A DNA stretch of 63,809 nucleotides, the filler included, from Craspedostauros australis (Eukaryota): the NCBI GenBank assembly GCA_030167865.1. It is 11 parts of 11 records of this genome, joined end to end, with 100 filler letters (N's around TTAATTAATTAA, not from the genome) between each part and the next. Parts side by side here need not be neighbours in the genome. Positions count along the whole stretch, not along the records: positions 54,816 to 59,789 come from JALAGF010003877.1; positions 59,890 to 62,217 come from JALAGF010003883.1; positions 62,318 to 63,809 come from JALAGF010003901.1; 8 more parts are not named here. One strand, written 5' to 3'. Below are positions 55,830 to 63,809 of the stretch, piece after piece. Numbering within the stretch: the first letter of the stretch is position 1; each line of letters starts with the position of its first letter. The notes under the pieces were generated by a model. That model made no database searches. It was not told the origin of the DNA and worked only from the letters and a program-made list of their open reading frames with translations. The position numbers and the translations under genes are program-made.

Positions 55830-58800
55830 TCATGACAGTGATGACAGCCACTGACATTGAGATCCGTCCATGCTCCTGGACCGACGGTGACGTGTTCCCG
55901 CTTCACGGCGCGCACCCGATGCACCTTGATGTGTGCCCGCACCTGATGGTGCTTCTTGTGTGCTCGTGATTGAGCTTGACCACGGCCATGGACGAAGCTG
56001 ACTCCCACTCCCACTCACGCTCACACTTGTTGCGTCAGTTGGCATCGATGGAATTGACGACATCATCGATTGCTGGTAGTTGTTCGTCTTGCTCTCCATC
56101 CTCAAGAAGTGTCTCGCTTCTTCTCCTTCGTCCATTCCTTGATGGACACGATTTCCATCCTTCGTTGTGCCATTATTCCATCCCATCTTCGAAGGTTTCA
56201 CTGATGAGGCTGATAGCATTGATGTTGATGTTAATGTTGACGGTGACGTTGATGGTATGGAAGACATCGACGACATCGATCCAGGCTGGGACATGGATGA
56301 TGACGATAGCAAGCCACCGCGCATCAACAGACTGCGAATCAAGAAGTAATATTTCGCATACTCGCTTGCTGGGACGCGAACGTCGAAATGCAGGCTCTGC
56401 AACAACGCCAGTTCCAGCTGATTCACCCTCATCAGTGTCATGGACCTCAGGAACGTGCTGTCACCAGAATTCCAGGCGGCCTCCAACAACATGTTCTGAC
56501 GCTCTTGTTGCCGACGCGCGTCGGCATTGCTGAGATCTGTGCTGGTTCCCACGCTGGTACCAGCTCTTCCATTTCTATTTGTGTTTGTACAGGCGTTAGC
56601 ATTGGTGGAATCGGCATGACCAACGCCCATACTACCGTCGATGCCAGATGCAACAAAGATGTTCGAAAAATCCACGTTCCACATGGACAGATCGTCCCAC
56701 ACCTTGCTCGCCAGCACCATGCACGACACCAGAATCGACTTCCAGTTGGAGGGATTGAGTGCGAGCGTCCCGTTCGTCCTCTTCTTCAGCCGCTCCACAT
56801 AGATCAATGTCATGATGATGGTGTCCTGCTCCATCTTCGTTCTGCGGAACAGCTTGGTGTAGAAGTCGATGATGTGGTCGAGTGTTGGGATGTTGCTTCT
56901 GCTGTTGCTGCCACTGGCAGTGTTGACGCCAGTGCCGCTGTTACATGTAGCAATATTCGCATCCACAGCACGGCTGTTGTACTTCCCAGTATGATGGTGA
57001 GATTTCGGTTGCTGTTGTTGCTGTTGTCGATACTGTTGTTGCTGCTGCTGCTGCTGCTGCTGGCGGTGGTAGTGGCGATGCTGAAGCTGAGATTGAGGCT
57101 GTGGATGATCAGAGAAGATGTGGGCAAACGGGTCGGCCGCAACCAGTGAACGCGCTGATGTACTGGCATGGGCAGGATTCACTGACACAACCGAGTCCGG
57201 CGATCGATAGTCCACCACAATCTCGGTCTTGGCTTCTCCTGCTCCCAACCTCGACGATGTCGCTACCCCTGCCCCTGCCGCTGCCGCTGCCATTTCTGTG
57301 GTCGTAGCTGTCCTGGCTGCTGCTTGTCCTCCTCTTGTTGTTGATCTGCCTGAGGGTTGAGATGAACGAGGATCGCTACCTGCGGATGTAGACACGGATG
57401 TAGACGCGTGTGTCAATGAGGGCGCAGACGCAGACGCAGACGCAGGAGCGAAAACCTCGTTCGATTCCATGGCTTGGACTGACTGCACGATGTGAGCCCT
57501 GTAGACGCCACACACACACTTGATGGTAGCATCGATGTCTGGATTGACCATGGAAGGCCCAATGTTGATGTTGCCATCTCCTGTGTTGCGTCGGACATGA
57601 CGCATCCGCCTCTGACCTTCCCACTGCGATGTGTCCGCGTTTGTGGCGTTCATTCCTTCCATAGATGCCGGCACTGGTACCGGTACTGATACCGATGCGG
57701 CTGCTGCGATTTGTGCTTTCGCGGTATCGACATCGACATCGGAAGTGCCATCGACAGCGGCACTAGCGGTGAGAACGGTGTTGGGACTGGTTTGGATATT
57801 ACGCCGGCCGTCATCGTGACCATTCGCTCCCAATGATGGAGATGGGAGTGGAGGTCGGATCCTCGTCTCTTGGTTCTCATTCCGCTCCTTGGACTGCGGT
57901 TCCTTGTGATTGATGAGCTGTGGGTCCTGGCTCGCACTCTGTGGTCGTTGTTGGTGTGGTTGTGTTTGGCGACCATGCCTGTCTTTGCGTTGTGGAGCCT
58001 GACCCGGTCTCTTTCGTGGCTGTTGCTGTTGCCTCTGCTGTTGCCTCTGTTGTTGGTGTGTCTGTCGTGGATGCACTTGCAGGTGCGGTTCTGAACGTTG
58101 CAATTCCGCAAGCACAGAAAGGTCCATGCCTGAGATCGTGCGAATTCGAGGACCCTGTTCTCTCTGTCTTCTCCTCTCCCTCCTCTCTTTCTTTCGATTG
58201 CCATCACGGCCATTGCTTTTTCTGCCACTGCGTGTGCCAGTGCCAGTTCCGGTGTCGGTATCGATGTCGGTATCGATGTCACTGTTGCTATTGCTGTCTT
58301 TTGCTTGGTTGTTTGTTGATATCCTCACATACTTCGGTCGCACTTTCTTGTTCGTCAAAGATGGCGATGGCGACGATGATGATGATGACGACGACGATAC
58401 CTCCCCTCCGCCATTTCTCATCTCCGCATACTCTCTCTGCTGTCGTGTTGCAGTGCTCACTGTTTCTTGTCTACCTCCCCTCGTGGTCGAATACCTTGCA
58501 TGACTATGGGAGGTGGCATCTGCACCGTCAACATCTTGCTGATGATGTCGAAGCTCTTCCCGTCCACGTCCACGTTCATGTTCATTTCCACGTTCATGTT
58601 CATTCCCATGTTCATGTTCATTCCCACGCTCAGGTCTCTTGTACTGTGCTTCGAGCGATCTCTCGTGCGAGTATTCGTGTTCGGAAACCCCTTCGACCTG
58701 TCCTTGATTGCGCTTGCTGCTCACGCTGGATGGCTTCTGCGGTGCGATCGTTTCCTGAGGGATCCAAGACTTCCCGTGAGCTATGTGAGACAGCAGGCGA

Positions 58801-59681
58801 TACTCCATCTGCTGAAAGAAGTGCAGATCGCGCTGCCGCTTCTCCCACCTCTGATACTCCTCCACGGCCACGAGCTCATGCGGTTTGTTCCATTGTGTGT
58901 GATTGGTATGCGTGTTGTAGAAGTATTCTCGATGAGTGCGAGGATCGATGGTCGCCCTCCACGAATCGACCAGGTGTTGTGGCGGGAGAGGAGGTGGCGC
59001 GAAGGGTTGCTTGTTGAGTGCCAGTTTGTATGGTTGGTTCTTGTTTTGGTTGCGTTGGTTATGTTGATCACGTTGGCCACGTTGGTCACGTTGGTCACGT
59101 TGTGGGTTGATGTGGGTGCTGGAATGTTGGTGTTGGTGGTGATGCTGATGTGGGTGGTGAGAAGGAACAGGTTGACGAGGAGAATAGTGCTGTTGGTACA
59201 TCTGTTGCTGATGTATGTGATGTTGTTGTTGATGTTGCTGGTGTGCCTGGTATTGTCGTGCGTGTTGTAGATGGTGCAGATATTGCATCTGTTGCTGATT
59301 CTGCTGATGCTGCTGATGATGGTGCTGTTGATACTGCCGTTGATGATTCTGCTGCTGTTGACGATGCTGATGATGATGATGATGATGAAGGTTGTGGGTT
59401 GGATCATGGTCTTGCCTGTGAGAACGAGCGGAAGCATCATGGGGTGAGTCGACAACCGCGCTCGAACAGTCAATACTTCCAGCTCCAGCACCACCATCAT
59501 TTCCGCTGGATCTGTTGCTGCTGCTGTTGTTGTTCCTTCTGTCGCTAATAGCAACACGACCATTCGTTGGAATACGGCTGTCCCTGTTAGTGGCTTGCCG
59601 ATTCGGGATTCCATCGCCATGCACAGCACCGTTGCTGTTGTTGCTCGAGCGGGATCTGGTTGCCGCATCTTGCTGTTTCAT
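55830..59681 (-). CDS. Cyclin-Y/P-type cyclin with N-terminal WW domain and long Q/H/S-rich disordered tracts
   Basis: WW: SWRATIDPRTHREYFYNTHTNHTQWNKP. Cyclin box: TIIMTLIYVERL, NWKSILVSCMVLASKVWDDLSMWNVDF, VNQLELALLQSLHFDVRVPASEYAKYYF. First ATG 59681; frame stays open to the gap at 59789. Confidence 0.88.
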   Translation of the reverse strand: MKQQDAATRSRSSNNSNGAVHGDGIPNRQATNRDSRIPTNGRVAISDRRNNNSSSNRSSGNDGGAGAGSIDCSSAVVDSPHDASARSHRQDHDPTHNLHHHHHHQHRQQQQNHQRQYQQHHHQQHQQNQQQMQYLHHLQHARQYQAHQQHQQQHHIHQQQMYQQHYSPRQPVPSHHPHQHHHQHQHSSTHINPQRDQRDQRGQRDQHNQRNQNKNQPYKLALNKQPFAPPPLPPQHLVDSWRATIDPRTHREYFYNTHTNHTQWNKPHELVAVEEYQRWEKRQRDLHFFQQMEYRLLSHIAHGKSWIPQETIAPQKPSSVSSKRNQGQVEGVSEHEYSHERSLEAQYKRPERGNEHEHGNEHERGNEHERGRGREELRHHQQDVDGADATSHSHARYSTTRGGRQETVSTATRQQREYAEMRNGGGEVSSSSSSSSSPSPSLTNKKVRPKYVRISTNNQAKDSNSNSDIDTDIDTDTGTGTGTRSGRKSNGRDGNRKKERRERRRQREQGPRIRTISGMDLSVLAELQRSEPHLQVHPRQTHQQQRQQQRQQQQPRKRPGQAPQRKDRHGRQTQPHQQRPQSASQDPQLINHKEPQSKERNENQETRIRPPLPSPSLGANGHDDGRRNIQTSPNTVLTASAAVDGTSDVDVDTAKAQIAAAASVSVPVPVPASMEGMNATNADTSQWEGQRRMRHVRRNTGDGNINIGPSMVNPDIDATIKCVCGVYRAHIVQSVQAMESNEVFAPASASASAPSLTHASTSVSTSAGSDPRSSQPSGRSTTRGGQAAARTATTTEMAAAAAGAGVATSSRLGAGEAKTEIVVDYRSPDSVVSVNPAHASTSARSLVAADPFAHIFSDHPQPQSQLQHRHYHRQQQQQQQQQQYRQQQQQQPKSHHHTGKYNSRAVDANIATCNSGTGVNTASGSNSRSNIPTLDHIIDFYTKLFRRTKMEQDTIIMTLIYVERLKKRTNGTLALNPSNWKSILVSCMVLASKVWDDLSMWNVDFSNIFVASGIDGSMGVGHADSTNANACTNTNRNGRAGTSVGTSTDLSNADARRQQERQNMLLEAAWNSGDSTFLRSMTLMRVNQLELALLQSLHFDVRVPASEYAKYYFLIRSLLMRGGLLSSSSMSQPGSMSSMSSIPSTSPSTLTSTSMLSASSVKPSKMGWNNGTTKDGNRVHQGMDEGEEARHFLRMESKTNNYQQSMMSSIPSMPTDATSVSVSGSGSQLRPWPWSSSITSTQEAPSGAGTHQGASGARREAGTRHRRSRSMDGSQCQWLSSLS

Positions 59682-59889
59682 GACTTGCCGATACCCAAGG
59701 AGCGAAGACGAAGAGCACGACGACGACGAAAACGACAAGGATGGATCACCGGAGTGCGATAGGTACACTGGAGATGCGGTCGCGTTTACNNNNNNNNNNN
59801 NNNNNNNNNNNNNNNNNNNNNNNNNNNNNNNNNTTAATTAATTAANNNNNNNNNNNNNNNNNNNNNNNNNNNNNNNNNNNNNNNNNNNN

Positions 59890-61000
59890 AATCATCGATG
59901 TGCCGTTGTTGTCCACACAGCAAGCAGAAGCATCATCAACTCGGACGAGCCGATCCGCTCTCTTGTCATCCCACGCCTGTTTCAACGCCTCACTGCCCTG
60001 CAGCAGAATGTTGAAAGTCTCGCTCGTGAGATATATTGTACTCATTAGACCCAGCGCATCCATTGTACTCCGTTTGCTTGTTCTCATCAGCATCTCTCCA
60101 AACAGGGCCAGTGGCCTCGACCATGTCGGAAGGGAACACAGCACTGCTCTCACCTTGTTGCGATGATTTCGCCGCAAGATACGTCCAACAACCGCATTGT
60201 ACGAATGGACGTGTTCGCCAGGCGGGCGTGATCGAATGTGGAGATAGGTGAGTTGGGTAGTCTGCTCCAAGGCTTGCTGAAGTGCTTCCATCTGTGCCGA
60301 GAGCGTCTCAGGCGCACCTTTAAACATGCCAGGATTACCATCGACACAGTATGTGAGAGATGACAAGCCCTTGTTTCCCAGGAGCGAGATCAATGCGTCG
60401 AACATGATCATCTGCTTTTGTTGCGATGGCATGTCCCAGCAACAGGAAACCCTGAGCTTCTTCAAGTGTGATGCATCTGAAAGGAGTTTGATGATCTGGT
60501 CGATTTCTTGTTGTGAGTAGATTCGTCGGGCGCCGTAGATCACACCGAAATCGATGTCGAGCTTGTTGATGCGCTTGTTTGACTGGAATAGCTTTGCCAA
60601 GCTATCGCAAGTGATACAGGTGTCCAAAAAGGAGACTTTGGTGATGCTGCAATTGTTTGGAGACAGCCATCTGCACAGATCAGCGCCCCCATTGGCGATC
60701 TTACTGATATGAAACATAACGTATTTGGAGTTTTGGGAGATATTGAACATGAGCTTGTCGCAATCAACAAGATCACATGAATGCAAATGCACACGATGTA
60801 TCACAAGAGGGATATCGTGGAGCTGCTTCATCTCCACGAAGCATTGAGGCAAGCGGATACATTGATCGAATGGAGATTTGAATGGGTGTTTGGCAGCCAA
60901 TCGAAGTCCGAAGCGAATCGCTTGCTTGTCTTCTTCTCCGAATTGGTCATTGCTGCCGAATTCCAGATTCAGGGATCGAATGCCTATCTGCCCGTAGCCC
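59890..61000 (-). CDS. LRR/RNI-like protein, partial; upstream exons uncertain
   Basis: Repeated LxxLxL-like units (IRSLNL, ITKVSF, INKLDI, LKKLRV, LSSLTY, LTYLHI) and ILRRN; frame extends upstream of 60900 to a possible acceptor near 61000 and runs into the gap at the 3' end. Confidence 0.55.
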
Positions 61001-62317
61001 CTGTGACAACCATCGCTCAGTAAAATACAAGGCGATAAAGCAACGTGTTTGTAATAGAGCTAAACTAGTAACCACCTTAGTGAGAGAGACTACGAATCAT
61101 CCGACTCGTCAGCATCCCAGTTGGTCGAACAGACATTTCGCTGAACCCCACGTTTGGAGACAGATCCAGAACCTTGAAGCGGATCTTTGGAATTCGTGTC
61201 AGGGAACCAATGGGGTTCCGATAACCAAGCTTCTGACACCCTCCATCGCCAAAACGCCGACGCACGGAACTAAAGCCACAACAACGAGCATCATCGCCCA
61301 TTGTCTCTCACAGAACCCAGACGACGGATCTCGACCCACGGTACTTGGGCTACACAACCCACACGCATTGTCATACAGGACATCACAAGAGATTCCCCTC
61401 GAAGAGAAGAACCATAGCACTAATCTCATAATCCGCATGTTTCTTCACCATCTACCAGTATTCTCAATTGACTACTTGTGGAACAGAAGACTCACGTCCG
61501 GATTGCTTGCCAGTCAAGCCTCTGCCTACAGCTAAAGAACAGCCAACAAGACAACAGCCATTACGTTTGGGCTCTATTAGTTTGTGCCGGCGCTCCATCG
61601 ATTCCAAGTCAGCAAAGGTGAATCCTGCTTCGATGGCCATGTCCCAGTGTTTCATCTGCTTGGGTGTGACACTGTAGCAGTCGATCTGCCGTCTTGGATG
61701 ACTCTGCACATTGAACACAGTCTTCGATGACAGCTCTTTTCCATGGAGCTGTTTCCAGAAAGTCTTGAAGTCTGGATCATGATGGCTGTTGGTATTGGTG
61801 TTGGCAACAGCATCCATGTTGTGGTTCATCCTTTTCTTGTTGTCACTGTTGTCGCTGTTGTCGCTGTTGGTGGTCGTCCCTGTTGGTGGTCGTTGGTGGT
61901 ACAATCGTACGAGTAGAGCTGGTAGAGTATGTGGTCCCAAATCAGTTGCGCTTGGATGGCGATTGTGAGCTCATCTGCTCAAGTTTGCTGTCCTCCATCT
62001 CATGATCCTGTGCATTGATCACGAAGCAACGTGCCATCAGTGAACACGCCTGGATGGACTTGCGCAGTTCCACCACGGTGTATGGTATGGTATGGTGTGG
62101 TGTAGTGTGGTAGTAGTATGGTATGATACGACCGTGGACAGCCCATCATGATCCGAAGCTGACTAGCTCGTTCGCTCGCTCGCTTGCACGATACGACCTT
62201 CGATGATGCCCAACTTGNNNNNNNNNNNNNNNNNNNNNNNNNNNNNNNNNNNNNNNNNNNNTTAATTAATTAANNNNNNNNNNNNNNNNNNNNNNNNNNN
62301 NNNNNNNNNNNNNNNNN

Positions 62318-63784
62318 CTTCTTCACGCGAAGCTGAGTCCCCATGTACTTCATCGTCAAGAAGAAATCGATCTTGCCCTCCGCCGCAACTTCGAACTCGT
62401 ACTTCGACAAGATGCTTGGCACGACCGAGCTGAGCTCAGCAATTGCCAACGATTGGCCGGGGCAGCTGCGATTGCCCGTGGCGAATGTCACCATGCTCTT
62501 CATCATTTCCTTGGTCGGATTCTCCCATCGACCAGGTTTGAACTGCTCAGCATCTTCAAACACCATCTCGTCGCGATGGGCCGTGATCTGCGGCAGAAAC
62601 ACGGCAGCACCTTTGGGGACCTTGACCTTGCGGTTCGAAAGATCGTCAAAGAAGATGAAATCGCGGCCGGTGAGACGAGCTGGACCCATCGCAGCAACAG
62701 GGATCACTCGTTGGGATTCAGTGATCACGCGCTTGAGATGGTCGCTGGATTGCGCCGGGTCACCCTGCAACAACGACTGCTGCAGGTGCTTCATCTCGTT
62801 GGGATGCTTGGCCAGCAAGACGAGGGTGTTGGAAAGTGCGTATGCCGTTGTGTCGAAACTACCGATGATCAACAGAAGCAGTTCTGCGATCTGTTCTTGT
62901 TCTGACATGCCATGCGCGTTGGACTCGATCACCTTGATCAATGTCTTGCGCTCCGACTTGTTGGGCTTGTTGCGGTAGGCTGTCAAGACCTTCTTCGCAA
63001 AGCCTTGCATGGTGGTGGTGCCTTTGCGCGCCTCCCAGACTTCTGGGATCATGAAGCCGAATATCTTCCGGAAAGGATTGGTGGCTGAGCGGTAGGTGAA
63101 CTCACGTGCAGCCACCTCGGAGTTGGACGTGAACAGCTCGAAGTCTCCAGGAGCTGCTTCGTATTCGAAGGCTGCCTCCATGATGGACTTGAAGACGATC
63201 TTTGGTAATTCGATGGATGGATCGAATGTCATGTCGGTATCCGCGAGCTTCTCGAGGAAGTCCGATTCCCACTCCTTGGCGTACTTCGCGCAGATGGCAT
63301 TCATTCGCTTGACTTCCGAAGAAGACATTGCATGTGCGACGGATTTCCTCATGTGCTTCAAGCTTGGGTCGGTTGTTGGGCGCGTCGCCATTTGCTTGTG
63401 TCCGATCATGGTTTCGAAGCCTGCGTAGATAGGCATCGGCTTGTCCGTAGTCTTGTCGAGATACACCTCGCGTTGATCTTTCGCAGCGCAGAGGACATAG
63501 GCACCTCCAGGGACTGGGATGTTGTGCTGGAAGATGGAAGACCCCAAGGATTTCCGAAGGTGGAGGTGCCACCATGGTGCTTCGGATGATGCCAGAAGTC
63601 TGACGGACTCCATGATCCCGACAGGGACCTTGACAGGGGCATCTTTGGCGGCTGGTCTGTTGAAGGCGATGGCAGCCCATCCCAAAGCAAGTGCCAGAGC
63701 GATCAGGCTCACCGTTGAGACGTTGTCTCCCAAAGCTGTTGCGAAATCGAAGTTCATCATCGTCATGTTCATTGTTGTTGTCAT
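62318..63784 (-). CDS. Cytochrome P450 (last codons lost in the gap)
   Basis: N-terminal TM anchor, I-helix IIGSFDTT, ExxR (ESQR), FKPGRW, heme motif FATGNRSCPG. Confidence 0.93.
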
Positions 63785-63809
63785 CGTGGCAGGGGTGGTC
63801 AAAGGTGTG

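Noticed and set aside
27199..62317. Recurrent TTAATTAATTAA as a biological repeat or CRISPR-like array
   Set aside because: Always embedded in N44 flanks; it is a synthetic six-frame-stop contig linker.
1..63809. tRNA, rRNA, snRNA genes and CRISPR arrays
   Set aside because: No cloverleaf, rRNA signature or repeat-spacer pattern seen by eye; tRNAscan-SE and Infernal would be needed to exclude them formally.

Overview
Eukaryotic nuclear DNA, most likely a pennate diatom (inferred from diatom-typical gene families and short GT-AG introns; species not determinable). The window is a pseudo-scaffold: eleven contig segments joined by an artificial 100-bp spacer (N44-TTAATTAATTAA-N44), so adjacency across gaps is not biological. 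Two contig pairs overlap as apparently identical inverted copies (40025-41134/41755-42864 and 43699-46559/50938-53798). Supported genes: GT4-like glycosyltransferase, unknown multi-pass membrane protein, OMA1-like M48 peptidase, small spliced membrane protein, a PDZ-like/Ig-PH/coiled-coil protein, a spliced FakA(DAK2)-FakB(DegV) fatty-acid-kinase fusion, O-fucosyltransferase-like and GT92-like proteins, three paralogous STAND (COG3899-like) ATPase-TPR genes (one with a Trp-to-TGA stop), a CAAX-terminated vWA protein, a sulfotransferase-like fragment, RBM34/Nop12, a PTS1-bearing MenE/AAE14-like ligase, a probably GPI-anchored trypsin-like protease, a WW-cyclin-Y-like protein, an LRR-like gene and a cytochrome P450. 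Mobile DNA: a 1.95-kb TIR element with a TTT target-site duplication carrying a decayed RING-finger-like gene (three related pieces), an intron-containing PIF/Harbinger-ISL2EU DDE transposase, and a non-LTR retrotransposon relic. Most interesting: the FakAB fusion, the TIR/RING/transposase system, the SCAB1-like Ig-PH protein and the effector-less STAND family. All assignments come from reading motifs by eye; no database searches were run.
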